A stretch of DNA of 64,000 nucleotides from Rhodosorus marinus CCMP1338 (GCA_029953675.1 JAMWBK010000007.1:1674001-1738000), one strand, 5' to 3'; positions 32,315 through 44,949 are shown, numbered from the stretch's first letter. Translations and numbers: made by a program. Notes: a model not told the origin generated them from the sequence alone.

Positions 32315-35300
32315 TTTCGCTTTTACAGGCTCCGATAAAACCCTCTACAAACCCGAAGCTAACAAACCCGCACCCCTAGAGCACAGATCCGCTCTTCAGT
32401 GATCGTGTTTCTCCGAAACAACTTCCCCAGAGAAGTACCCTCAACCCAAAGACCACACCACCTTCACCACTCTTCGTCTAATTCCATGCTCCTTTGGAAG
32501 AGATAAGAAGACCTGACGCAAGGAGGATACCAACCTCAGGTCTCCTGACAGCTACTTCTGAGTCGATACACCAAACTCTCAATGCTGCATGAAGCACGGT
32601 GTGCAGCAGTGCCCACCTCTGTTTCGTCAGGTTCTCTTAAATAGTTCAAACTTATCGAAGCTTGAGAGTGTTTTCAACTTTGATTTTGCGGAGCCTTTCC
32701 GAAGCAATCTATAGGTCTTCAAATAATCGATTATGGAGTTTGTGTATTGTCCTCTGACAGAGAACGTTACTTCTCTTTCCTTGAGGCTCGAGGCTCGCCG
32801 CTTTTTGGGTGAGAAGTGGTTTGGTGGTGGTTGGCCAGACTACACAAAGTCCTTGGTGACTCCGTTGCACAACGGCCTTTCTTCAAAAAAGAGTTTTCTT
32901 CATTGCTTTAAAGCTATGTAAAAGATGAAAGAGTGGTACCAACGGAGCTCTGCTTTCCTACTCGCTCACAGGCGTTTTCGTACTTATTTGAAGAGGACTA
33001 CATTACATGATGGGAAAAGATCCTCCAAAATCCTGCGGAGTACTGGAGCATTTTCTAGGTAGTAGTAGTTTCACTGGAAATTTTTTTTACAAGATCCTCT
33101 TCCTCTACGGCAAGACTTAGCCCTTTCCGGCGTTGCTCTCAGGTAGGCTGAAAACTGGAAAGTTTTCTTAAAATTGGTATCAGAATTGTCCGTCACAGAG
33201 CAAACCAGGATCCGTCTGGGGCCCCGCGATCATGTAGAACAATGCCCCAGTCATGAAATTCTTGTAGACGCGCTTGGCTCCCATTATGTCCATGGGGCTT
33301 TAGGAGGCGGCAGCCGGAAACATCTGCGCCTCCATGATCCATTGGTCATCATCAACGGTTTGGTAGAGAGAATCCAAGTGATTTCGTAACTCGACGCTCA
33401 CGCTCACGCTCACGCGTAGGGGGGGGATAGCATGGGCTGAAACCCTCAAGGTCAGTCAACTAATTCAGATTCTCACAAAACAATTTTGACGATCCCACAA
33501 TTTGCTTAGTATAGTGTTTTGCTGAGGTGCTTAAGTATTTACTGGAGATATGCTCGGACCAGGAGACTCCAGCTGTCATTGATCGCTGGACACGTTCACT
33601 CGGAACCGCCGAATATGCACTCGATTGGTTTTCCTTGAGTGATCTACTCATGCCTAGTCTCCGTCGTACGTAAAAACCCTCCCAGCAAGTTTCCAGGGCA
33701 CCTCCAAACTGGAATTGTCAGGTCTGAAAGCTGGATGCTTGCATTATGACAATTCTGCTGAGCAGCAGGTTGGCGGCAAGTGCGAGCGTCTGCCTGATAA
33801 CCAGGCTGCGTTTAGCGTTTAGGAAGAAGCGGGGGCGCTCGTGCCGCGTTTGAGCGCCTGGAAAAAAATTCGAATCCCATTGAAAGATATTGCTGGGTGT
33901 GTGATCTACCAGCACAGGGCAATCCCAAAGGGACCTCTAGTTTTTAAGGAATTTAATACTTTTCTCTCTTGGATCCTCTACAAAGATCATGCAGCCCCTT
34001 GAAAATTAGCATCGGCGAGCGCAGCGCTCTTGTTGAAGAAAAAAGACTACTACTAATTTGGTTGTCGTTAAGCCTCCATTCGGGAAGATTGAAATTTTTT
34101 TTCGAGCAAAAACAAATAATTGTCTTGGAGCGGAAAATCTTCTGTAAACCCACTCAGTGATCTCTTCCGCCCTGTAGAGCTCAAACTCGTCCGCCAAAGG
34201 TTTATTTCCTTTCGCAATAAAAAGCAGAGTAGAAACTGACCAAAGCGAAAAACGTGGTACGCGTAGACATTTTTCTAGAAACAACTTACATACCCTCAAT
34301 AGGAATCCGCTATTCTCGATTTTCATTGGCCGTTGGTATTTCGAGAAAATCTATCTCGATCTCTTCAGGTACCAAAATGTAAAGCTTGTTTTGATAGAAT
34401 AAAGAGGAGCACTCACTGGGTGATGAGTTGTGTAGATTTGTTTCACCTGAGCAAGAATATCTTAAATATCTCATCATAGGTCTTCTAAATTGATATGAAA
34501 TTTCCCACACTCAGGCGATGAAGATATTGTCGGCAAAGTCATGGATGAAGAGCGACATCTTGACCTTTGTTCACACACACATATAAAGCAAAAATAAAAA
34601 GTACACGTTCGGGGAACAATGCGAGATATTTTGGACGTTTATGAATGAGATCGTCAATCAGTTGTTTATGAATTTTGGTTTAAAAACGGAAGACAGGCGA
34701 GTACCGGCATTTTTAACACTCGTGAGATCACGCTCCTCAATCAAATAATTAGCCTAAGGCATAAACAGCTAACTATGAAATCTGCGTCTCACGTCTGAAT
34801 GTTTTTATATCAGTGAAACAAACAATTTTTTTTGTTCGCTTTGAGATGGTTTTGGATGCATCCCACCCCCCAACATCTCCATTTACCGCATTCGGGGTAC
34901 TCCTCGTGAATATTGGAATTCAAACACTCGGGATCACGGGGGGTGAGAGTCAGTGAACCATGCAAGGATGTTTTTACATTGAAACAGCGCGATTTTTTCA
35001 GAAAAGATTCTTAGTGCATCATCGCCGCACCAACCGTTCGCCGGGGTTCTGGTATTTTTTTTCCCAATCGCTTTCCCTATTTCAAGGTCTCGTAAAGTCA
35101 TATATCTAGTTTCCGAGGCGTTCTGGGTCCTATCGTGTTTTACCAAGTATATGATTGAAAAAAACTGTTGAAACAAGATGAACAGGTTTTCGCGTTCCTA
35201 AGCTATCGTTCTAGTGAAGAAGAAACACGGTCTAGCGAATAATGGCTAGGGCTTGCGTAAGGCTGGGACTTAGACAAGATGAATGAATGTGTGTACTACG

Positions 35301-35467
35301 ATAGCGACTTGACTAGGGTTGGGTGAAGTGGGTCGGGTTTTTGGATATTCACGCCGAAAACGGGGAAATGCGGAAAACAGAGATGTTTTCGCGAGTTTCG
35401 CGTGGAATCAGTGGCGAATGTAGCTACGAATAGGCGATTCCAGTGCGTGGCCAGTAGGGTTGTAAAC

Positions 35468-35691
35468 TGTCAACAAATGGATCTCTTGTGCGGGCAGAGT
35501 TACCTCATTCTTTACTCTACACCTGTCCAACTACCATGGTAACCCTAATTATACCGTTCTTCGACCCGGCCTGGTATGCCGGCTTCGTTCTGCCTTTCCT
35601 TTTCGTCTATCCCTAAAGAATGTAATTACTCTGCCTACTACGCTGTATAGAGAAAGGTAGTTGATCCCGCAAAACAACCAAACGGCCAACA
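35468..35691 (-). mobile_element. Putative 3' LTR of the copia remnant
   Basis: On the minus strand, a purine-rich GACGGGGAG is immediately followed by TGTTGG (35691) just downstream of the copia RNase H stop; a candidate ...TTGACA end lies at 35468. No partner LTR was seen. Confidence 0.45.
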
Positions 35692-35728
35692 CTCCCCGTC
35701 GGGAGCTACCCCCACAAGATCTATTCCA

Positions 35729-36070
35729 CTAAGCCCCAGTTGTACACTCAATTCTTGAAGCTTTCTTACCCAAGGGCTTTGTAGAAATATCCGCTAGCAT
35801 TTCTCGCGTCGATATGTATCGCAAGTCAACGTCCCGCGTTATACACCGATCCCTCACGTAATGATAGTTCAAGCTAATATGCCGAGACTTTTTATTGCCG
35901 TCTCCTGCTGCCCATCTAACGCAGGAGCTGTTGTCGGATTTTGCTTGTGGTTTCCTCACCGAGCACCTAGTTCTTCCATGAACTCTTCAAACCAACGTTG
36001 AAGCACCATCATGTCTCCAAGAGCCTGGTACTCTGCGCGGTGGTTGATTGAGCAACCGAACGCTGCTTCT
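35729..36070 (-). mobile_element. Ty1/copia RNase H remnant
   Basis: VAQSTT..AEYQALGDMMVLQRWFEEFMEELG (frameshifted), then KSRHISLNYHYVRD..DLRYISTREMLADISTKPL, the characteristic copia RNase H motifs. Confidence 0.88.
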
Positions 36071-36094
36071 TCAACCTAGCGACAATCGTCGCGT

Positions 36095-36930
36095 CGTTCA
36101 GTTTTATCAGAATACCTGTCGTACTCTTCCTGTCCGTTTCCGCGATAGCGGCTCCTATTCGCCAGACTGCTTAAGAAGGAAGTACCTTTCCAGATTACGG
36201 AGGAGATCTTGCAGAGCTTCGAGCAACTGAAGTCTGCCGTGACCTCGGAACCGGTCCTCGCCATACCTCGGTTTGATCGTGGCGCGTTTGAGGTTACAAC
36301 CGATGTTGGGGAAGGGATGGGAGGGGTTTTGATCCAGGGAGGACGTCCGGTAGCTTTCACATCGCGTAAATTGCAAGGTGCAGAGCTTACGTACCCCACG
36401 CATGAGAAGGAGATGCTAGCAGTATCAGTAGTAGACTGCTTCAAGACATGGCGCCATCAATCCCCCCATTACCTGGAGGGATTGAAGACGGTGGGTGGTG
36501 GGTGGTCTTCACGGATAATACCGCTGTAACATACTCGCGAAGGGTGGCGCGGTTCTTCCCGAAACTCGACTCGGCGTTCGTCAAGTATGAGGTACGACAC
36601 ATTCTAGGTAAGATGAATGTGGTCGCAGACGCGTTGTCGCGGGCGGAGTGGGAGACTGCCGTAGTTCAGTTGATGTCGATCGACCAACTGGAGGAGTATA
36701 TCCGGACAAGACGAATACCTGCAGGCGTGGAAAAGTCAGAAGAGGCCCTACTACGAACGGAAGTGGGGAACGTCAAGGAAGACGAGGCAACGGCCGGACT
36801 AATTAAGGACATGGATGGGCGGCCCGTGACCTGGGTCCAGCCTGAAGGAGTGTTGGATGTGATTAATAACGTCCATACTACCCTCTGTCACGTAGCGGCG
36901 AAACCGCTTATACGAGCAGTTGCCAGGTGA
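36095..36930 (+). mobile_element. Ty3/gypsy pol remnant (RT connection, RNase H, start of integrase zinc domain)
   Basis: SFEQLKSAVTSEPVLAIP..FEVTTDV.EGMGGVLIQ..RPVAFTSRKL..YPTHEKEMLAV; VFTDN; GKMNVVADALSR; VINNVHTTLCH. Frameshifted. Confidence 0.92.
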
Positions 36931-37510
36931 ACCAACCGCGGGCGCCAGGGGAAAAAAAAGAGTAAGCGCCGCGAAGGTCGCGGACCTCCAATAGAAATAA
37001 CGGCAGCGGGAGAGCGCCGTGGATTCGCCGCGGCTAGTATGCGCAGACAAAAAGAAGTGAAATATGCGCGGACTGTGACTACGACTACACCAAGGGGTTC
37101 GTGCTTCGGCTCTCGCGCACCGCCTAGTGCCTTTAGTCATCGAATCCTTTGGTGTCGTGGACTCCATAGGATCTCGGTGGCTTCGGGAAATATTCCGTGA
37201 ATGCCCGGACTGTCTACAATCTTTGTCTACCCGATTGAGTTTCTTGTTGTGGCGCATGAACGCTGCGTTGCTATTGGAGGGGCGCGACCTTCGCGGCACT
37301 TAGTCTTTTTTTCCCCTCGTGGTTTTTCTTTCTGTCTCCGATTAAACAATTCATTCAATACGGCCTCCCTATTCATATTCCCAAGTCCTCCGTCGTGGGT
37401 CCGTCGAGGGGCGTGCGGAGGCCCGGGTGCATAGATTCCCTACTGAGCCTGCCGTTGATTCTGTTCAACGCACCAAGACCCAGCGCTCCTCGCGCTCCGG
37501 GCCCCGCATT

Positions 37511-38210
37511 GATGATCCGTTCATTCAGAACCTAACTACCCTGAGAAGCGAGAGACAAGACGATGATGACGCGCGTCTACAAACAAAGCAACATTTGAGC
37601 GCTACAGAGTCAACGAAAGCTCTGTGAGCAGACTATCTAGACGCCCTGGGTCGTTCCGAAAGATACCCCGCAGCCAGCGAGAATCCACACTATCTATCAA
37701 GCCAAAGCATTCAATGATGAGGGGGACAAACCGGTATGTCACCGCCGAATCGCGAAAGGTAGGGTTTGACATCGCTGCTGCATACTGCGATTCTTTTTCA
37801 CATGCCGCATGGACCGAGCTGCAGCTCCTCGGTCGCCGAGCGGACGCAGGCAGGTACCTGGTCCCCTGAGGACAAGGGATAGAGAAGTCAATGTACTCAC
37901 TGCGACGCGCATTTAGGTCAGACACAACGAGATCCCCCCTCCGCTCAAGCGTCCCCTCTTGACGCCAGGTGCGGGCGGAAATCCTTCTGATTCCCATGCG
38001 GATTCGCATCCCGTAGACGCTTTCTCCGTGGAGAGGGAGCAGGATGTCTTGAGTCTTTTAGGGTACATTGCGAGCTTCCTGCTTTCTTTCCGAGCCCAGG
38101 TAGCTTTGAGGACTGACATTCTCGCCTTTTCTCTTGGTTCGAAGGGTCTGTTGTGCGTTTTCCTTCTGGGTACCCCTGAACAGGAGGTCTAAGTGAGTTT
38201 AGAGCGAACA
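37511..38210 (-). mobile_element. CRE/RLE non-LTR element, 3' part (restriction-like endonuclease and 3' tail)
   Basis: RRGDLVVSD..YIDFSIPCP..KESQY..FVPLIIECFG..SRWLRGIF..LLTELSLTL, followed by a CTGAATGAACGGATCATC tail shared with the 62.2 and 63.6 kb copies. Confidence 0.88.
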
Positions 38211-38249
38211 TATAGTAGTTGTATTGCGCTGCGGTAGGTAGCTGCCGAA

Positions 38250-39917
38250 TAAAGGCTACGGCGATATGCCCTCGTTCGTCCCCAGTCTCTCTTCCTCATC
38301 GCTTGCGCAGGAGGGTTTTGCATTTCCTGCTTTTGGAGGTGGCCGACCATCCTCAAGCAGAACTTGGAAGCTTTGGTTTGTTTTTCCTCGGCTAGTGCTC
38401 ACGGTCTCCCCGCGGTGCCATGCATGTCCAATTAGACGCAAAGTTCAGTCTTTTCTCGCGGGGGACATTGCTTTCTTGGAATCTCTATACCTTGCTAGTG
38501 TCTGTTCTTCCTCTTCGTGCGGGAGGACTTCACCTTCTTCTCTTTCCCGTAGGAAGGTACGGGCAAAGGCAGCAGTGGCGCAGGGGGATATTCGGAGTGG
38601 GGCGGCCATCCATCAGCAAGGCGCTTCAGTCGAGTCTTACGGACTGACCTGGCTGATCCAGTCGCGTTGTTCCCTCCGCGCGACGTTGGAACTCTGAGTT
38701 CCAGTGTCTCCTAGATCCTTTTGTCGATTCCTCACCCGGTAGGGGTCGGTTGCTTGTCCGGCCTGATGAGGTTCTGGCTCTGCTTCGGTCCGCTCCGAAA
38801 GGTCGTGCACCTGGTCCCTCAGGACTCCGGGTCGAAGTTTTTCACTGGTTGGGTGACGAGGGGCTGGACGCCCTTGCGCGGGTACTGGAGGATCTGGTCA
38901 ATGGGGACGATTTTTGCGCAGAGGCCTGGGCATTATTGTCGCGCTCCCAACTGGTCCTCTTGCCCAAGGCTGGAAATTCGGACCAGACGCCTTCCCGTCG
39001 CCCAATCGGGATGTGCGATGCATTGCGGAAGCTGGCGAGCCGCTTTCTATCGAGTCAGCTCACTAGGGAGGCCAGGGTTTTTTTTAGTGTTGACCCAGGT
39101 CGGTGTCGGCTATTCAGGTGATGATGATCCGTTTATTCAGGTCCTGCAGTTGGACGGTCTCCGCGATGAGCCCTTGGGCGCGCTTTCGGTGGATCTCGCC
39201 AACGCGTTTAACACTGTGTCGCGATTTTACCCGCGCTTTAGGTAGTTCGTCAGCTCTTCCCCTCTGGTTTCCAGTTCTCATCATCATCCATATCTTACGT
39301 CGCGCATATGGTGAAGCGCCAAACGGGCCCCGATTTGTCACGTTGGGTGCCGAGAGCCACAGCTTTGCGGCTCGTACGGGTGTGCAGCAGGGCGATCCCT
39401 TAGGGCCGTTCCTGCACGTCTGTGGATTGCAACTGGTGCTGTTGCGGCTGAAACATCAGTATCCGCGGGTCCGTGCAGTCGCCTTCCATGACGATGTGAC
39501 GCTTCTTGGCACCCCTGACGATCTGGTGCCGGCCTACGATTTTCTGGGCGAGGTGGCTTCCTTGGTGGGGTTGCGTATGAACCATGCCAAGTGCGATTTT
39601 TGGGGGGGCCTCACAGCACCGCGGACGCGGTTCCATCCAGGTTTCGAGACATTTGGCGCGCTGAGGGCTTCATTTTGTTCGGTGTCCCCGTGGGCACCCC
39701 GATATTTATCGAACGCACCCTCCCCGCGCTACTGAGTCACCACGATGAGCTCCTGACTGAGCTGTGCAGTCTCCCAGAAGGGTACCTCCAGACCGCTCTG
39801 CTCATCTTCCGGTTCAGCGCGTGTCAGAGGCTGACCTATTTTTTTGCGGCGGCTACCATCCGAGTGGGGGTCTTGGCTGGCGCCCCGCGCTGACCAACGA
39901 GCGAGGGATGTGCTAGG
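38250..39917 (+). mobile_element. CRE-type non-LTR reverse transcriptase, frameshifted
   Basis: APGPSGLR; LVLLPK..RRPIGMCDALRKL; QVGVG; DLANAFNTVSR; GVQQGDPLGP; AFHDDVTLLG; GLRMNHAKC; LFGVPVG. Confidence 0.93.
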
Positions 39918-40442
39918 TTAGCCGCCAGCCTGCCCAACCGCACGGGCAACGCGATCTGCCGGTGAAGGACGTCCTTTTCTGCGTCCCCCAAACAGATAGC
40001 TCAGCAAACATCAGCATGCCTAGCACATCCCTCGCTCGTTGGTCAGCGCGGAGCACCAAGCAAGACCCCCCACTCAGATAGTAGCTGCCGCAAAAAATAG
40101 GTCAGCCTCTGACACGCGCTGAACCGGAAGATGAGCAGAGCGGTCTGGAGGTACCCTTCTGGGAGACTGCACAGCTCAGTCAGGAGCTCATCGTGGTGAC
40201 TCAGTAGCGCGGGGAGGGTGCGTTCGATAAATATCGGGGTGCCCACGGGGACACCGAACAAAATGAAGCCCTCAGCGCGCCAAATGTCTCGAAACCTGGA
40301 TGGAACCGCGTCCGCGGTGCTGTGAGGCCCCCCCAAAAATCGCACTTGGCATGGTTCATACGCAACCCCACCAAGGAAGCCACCTCGCCCAGAAAATCGT
40401 AGGCCGGCACCAGATCGTCAGGGGTGCCAAGGAGCGTCACAT
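39494..40442. repeat. 424-bp inverted duplication (arms 39494-39917 and 40019-40442; ~100-bp spacer)
   Basis: The arms are reverse complements with only a few substitutions or indels; the ORF track shows the same peptides on both strands (39591..39893 versus 40043..40345). Confidence 0.95.
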
Positions 40443-42171
40443 TCCTCCTCCACCCCAACACTTGCTAGTAGCCGGTAAAACCCCTCGGCAAAACGCAAGA
40501 AAATAAGTAATTAATTTTCTGTTGCGCCCTTGTCGTTTCCACACGGAAATTCGGACCATCTTAACTACAAACTAACCCAAAACAGCCAAGCCTGCTAGCC
40601 AGGGTTTTGTAGCTGTTTGGCTACTACTTGTGGAGGAACATCCAACAGGTAAAATCGAGGAAATCAGTACTAGTTACCGCTGTTCTTGACCTGGTCAACC
40701 GTTCGAGGCACTTTTCTCGACTTGGTGGACCGTTCACAGCTTCTTTTGTTTCCTTCCGACCGTTCACGACCTCGTTTGGTCCCTTCCAGGACTCTCGTGG
40801 CACGTTTCCTACTCAGGACTCCTCCTGAACGTTCTTCCCTTCCCACCTTGCGGACTCGCAACAAATGGGAAACTTACAAGCCCGCATGGGTGTCCTACGA
40901 GAGGGAAAGGGGAGTCACAGACGCGTGACTACAAACTAATCAGTAAACTGCTGAAAGCCTGGCACTCTCATGTCTACTGGTTCCCTGGAGGATCCTGAAA
41001 CCGGAGGTTCAAGATCCGCGTCCAGGGCTGCTGATGATGAATGCGAGTTGATGGAGTCTATACAACGCACGCGTCGTGACAAATCTACTGGCGCCACGGG
41101 CTCGTTCGCTGAACACGTTACAAATGCTTTTCTTCTCCAACGTTGAAAGCGCTCGCTTCTCTATTGCGCCGCTTTGCATACGAACACGAACCTGAAATCT
41201 TCCTAAAGGAGTTCCAACTTGTGCTTCGGATTTCGTGACTCACGCCACTGGAAAAACCCTCGCCTGTCCCCGAGGATCTACTTCTGCGCCCCGTCACGAT
41301 CCCGGACAGCTTGGCGCAAAATCCTCACTATTTGGCTGGCAAGGCGAACTGACTGACTTTACTCGGAGTATTATAGAGATCAGATAGACTTACGAGGGCC
41401 TGCGGTTCTTTACAGAACGAGTCGGCATCGGGGAGCTCAGCAAGGCACTAGCGTCACTCAGGCGTGCACTGCTTACGCGTGAGATATATTGACGTTTACG
41501 GAACATCGCAGACGTCTCATTCGAGGGTTCGGTTAGCTTATTCCCCTGGAGTCAGTTTGCGTGGCAAGGTATGAAGTGTCAAATCCGCTACTCGCCTTCC
41601 CACAACGGTAGCTTTGTTACTAGCCTGTCTGCACATACTGATTCAACACCACTTTCATCCCAACTGAACAGCTTCTTCGACGTTCCGGGAAGAACTAAAA
41701 ATTCCGACATGAAGCAAAAGAAAGTCCAAAACATATGACGGCTAGGTCTGACATCCGGAAACGCCTACACCATCCCGTGTGGCTCACGTACTGTTATACC
41801 TTGCAGTCCTGCAACAGAAGCGCTGATCCCGACACTCGCTCGTTTCGCCTTCACCTAGACATTTCAAAAATGAATACTTGCAGAATCCCTCATTCGCTAA
41901 ATAGAAACGCGCACCAATACACTGGAGCAAATAAGACAGCCATCATAGTATGAGCCTTTCAATGCTTCGATTACGTCTGCGCGCGAAAAAAAAAATCAGT
42001 TTCCGTCAAAGCCATATCTTCTGGCTTCTTTCGATCGGTATGCCGTGAAGTTCAGTCCGCAAGTAGTTTTGCTCTTGTCTGTGAGTCGTTTCTTCTGCAC
42101 CGATAGCTCCATTGGGATTGTTCAACAACGGTAGACCGCTGGGTTTACCATTCTTCGCGCAATAAAAGAAG

Positions 42172-43173
42172 TTAGGAGTTTGTCTCGCTGCGGTACCTCT
42201 GTCTGCACACTTCCCAGTCCCAGTACGTTCGAGTTCCAAAGGCGATTGGGAATAACAACGGATACAGTAACAAGTCCTTGAACACGTTGCTACGAGGGGT
42301 TAGGCCAGTTGCAAACACGCCAAGGATGCCGACTTCGAGAGCGCCACAATAGTTGTTATAGTCGCCCATCTTAAGGCCGTGCAGCATCAACTTTGCGACC
42401 TTCTCAGGCGGCTGATGGGTCTCACCGGCCTCAATAGCTTTGGCCTCTTCAGGTTTTGTTAGCTGTTCCACTGCAAACCCAGGCGATTCGATGTTTGCCG
42501 GGTACGCAATGTGAACGTCGATGTTGTACGGTTTGAGCTCATTTCGCAGCACTTCAGCGAGTCCTCTCAGTGCGTACTTGGACGGCGAATAGGCTCCGTA
42601 TCCAATGTACGATGTCAGCGCCGCTCCCGAGGAAACCAGGCAGATCGAGCCGCTTCTTCGAGACATCATATCTGGCACCAGTGCATAAACGGCGTGGAGT
42701 GCGCCAAAATAGTTCAGATCCATGCTTTTCCTGTGATCCTCCATAGATCTCTCACCGAATCTCCCAGTGAGCGCCGTTCCCGCGCACGCGATCACATGAT
42801 CTACTGGGCCAAACGACTCTTTGGCGAATTTGACGAGATTTTTTACGTCGTTTTCCTTGGTGACGTCACAGGTGAAAGATTGAAGACTCGAGGCGCTCTC
42901 GGCACAGCAGATGCTGCTAATGTACTCGACCGCAGCCTTGAGTTTTTTCTCGCTTCTAGAAGCAATAGTCACCCGCGACCCTTGGCCAACCAGCTCAGCG
43001 GCTAGCTCCCTGCCGAGACCTTCACTCCCTCCAGTAATCAGAACGTGCTTCCCATAGTACTTCTTGCTGGTAAACCCTCGCACTTGCCTGACAACACCAT
43101 TCACAATGGCCAAAAATCCCCAAAAAGCGACCCATCCGCCTACGAAAAAGAGCAAACCGTAGTACCACTCCAT
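42172..43173 (-). CDS. KDSR: 3-ketodihydrosphingosine reductase (SDR family, KDSR/TSC10-like), 333 aa
   Basis: N-terminal hydrophobic anchor; HVLITGGSEGLG; YSPSKYALRGLAEVLRNEL (YxxxK); AYPANIESPGFAVEQLTKPEE; C-terminal hydrophobic segment. Confidence 0.88.
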   Translation of the reverse strand: MEWYYGLLFFVGGWVAFWGFLAIVNGVVRQVRGFTSKKYYGKHVLITGGSEGLGRELAAELVGQGSRVTIASRSEKKLKAAVEYISSICCAESASSLQSFTCDVTKENDVKNLVKFAKESFGPVDHVIACAGTALTGRFGERSMEDHRKSMDLNYFGALHAVYALVPDMMSRRSGSICLVSSGAALTSYIGYGAYSPSKYALRGLAEVLRNELKPYNIDVHIAYPANIESPGFAVEQLTKPEEAKAIEAGETHQPPEKVAKLMLHGLKMGDYNNYCGALEVGILGVFATGLTPRSNVFKDLLLYPLLFPIAFGTRTYWDWEVCRQRYRSETNS

Positions 43174-43594
43174 CTTCCCCGAAACGATTTACCCCTCAGG
43201 CAACAATAACCACAACCAAAAAGTATCTACAAGGCTCAAACGGGCCCACCCACAAGGTCTAAACAGGGTTCTCCCTACGAAAAGCAAACGCCTTTCAAGC
43301 GATCATCCAAGACCACCTCGCCTAGAGCAAAACCCAGGATTTCCCTCCACGCGGATCCTTACGCAGTGTCCCAAAAGCCCAACACACTCCTGCCACACCT
43401 CAAATACAACCTCTTCTAAGTTCCGCTCCCTCTTCCACCAGATCCACCGCCTATCCTAACGCTGTCAGATCTTGTACCCAAGAGCTCCAGACCACGGTGG
43501 CAGTCCTAAACCACAAACCAGTTTCCTCCAAACCCTCCAAAGAACTACTTCCTGGCCCATCCGCTTGGCACACCGATGACAGAATCTGGTTAAG

Positions 43595-43871
43595 CAGCTC
43601 GTGTCTCGCTCTCAACGCCTATCACAATGCTCGGGAAGTGGTAGACCTAATAGTAGTAGTAGTAGTAGTAGCAACAACCCAGTCATGAACGAATAGTTTC
43701 TTTCTTGCCTTGATCCATAAGCACCTCCACTTGGGACAGCTCTTGTCTCGCTCTCAACTCCACTCACAATATGCTCGTTGAGTTGTGAGACCTATTTGTA
43801 GTAGTAGTAGCAACAGTACACTCATGAACGCATCATTTTCATGCCTGGATCCACAGCATCTCCACTTGGGA
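43595..43871. repeat. Diverged ~140-bp tandem duplication containing a (TAG)n microsatellite
   Basis: Two units, each starting CAGCTC(G/T)TGTCTCGCTCTCAAC and ending CTCCACTTGGGA, each with a (GTA)n run. Confidence 0.85.
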
Positions 43872-44949
43872 GGGTTCCCAAAGCCCGTCGATATCCCCGA
43901 TGGTCCGACTTGAAACTAACTACGGAGGCTACATGCTCAGATCGTCAAGCCTCCTCCTCAGCCAGCGTGATTTAGGTTGTTTGTAAGTAAGCTATGGAAA
44001 CACATTCAAGAGGTCAACACAGAATACCGTTGGGAACCCCAGACGACTAAACAGCCAAGCGACTAGCTAACACACCTTTTTGCTTCCTTTTCTTGGCTTG
44101 TTCAGCTTTTCAAGTCTCCTTTTGGTACCTTGGGGAGCTTTCACGACTCCTTTTAGGATCGCCGTCTAGGGTCATTGAGCAAGATTTCTGATCGAGAAGC
44201 TCTCCCGGTCCTCTGTTTGTTGTAGAGTGGGAAGATGGTGCTCCAATCTGCAAAAGGTCGCAAGAAGAGTTGATTTCACAATCTCCTTCTGTCTCTTCTT
44301 CTCAGTTTCCTTTCATCATCATTCACGACAGAAGAGCAAATGCATCTTCGCGGATCGCAGTCACCGTCGAGGACGAAAAAAAAAAAGGAAACGACGAGAA
44401 CAGATCACCGGACTGGGAGTGAATGGAGCGTCAACCTAAAGGATATTCCCCAGGATGTCTACATGCGAGTTAGCGGCGTGCATAAAGGGGAGAGAACCCT
44501 CAACCCAGCTGCTATTGCTGTTCATGAGCGCTTCTCGACCAACTCTCTCTTTTGAGGAGGGCAGAAGTTCTGTTTGGGTAGCGACGGGCAGCAGCGGCAC
44601 TCTGTGAAGATGCTGCTGCCTCCTTCCTCTCCTGCCGCGAAAATGGAGAAGCTTGAAGGTTCATTACGCTGGTGTGGAATTCATAACGCGCTCAGGGGAA
44701 TAGACAGGGATCCGATTCCAGTTCGTGAAGGTGAAGTGGTAGAGCGACATCGAGGGATATGGAGAGCAACTCGGTTTTGGAAGGATGGAATCTCAGAAGT
44801 TATGAACGAGGGGGGGATTGCCTCGGAGCTGAGCTTTGCTTTGTCTGTGACTTGATTGTCAGCGTCAGAAACTCGTGAGCGGGATGAACGGTCTGTGCAG
44901 GAGACTCCGCTTTTATACGGCCTCTGTTGTCTGTTTGGTCCGGTAGACT

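Noticed and set aside
6723-32391. Shared 12-mer AGCACAGAT(T/C)CG upstream of MACPF2 (6723) and MACPF4 (32380)
   Set aside because: An 11/12 match between two few-hundred-bp windows is expected by chance, and it is not found upstream of the other cluster genes.
33460-35200. AT-rich broken reading frames with SAVPSERV, suggesting a hAT transposase relic
   Set aside because: One motif only; no DDE residues, TIRs or 8-bp TSD could be identified.
40560-41700. Possible DIRS or LTR relic; AAACAGCCAAGC..CTAG recurs at ~40580 and ~44050
   Set aside because: No RT, RNase H or tyrosine-recombinase motif could be read convincingly.
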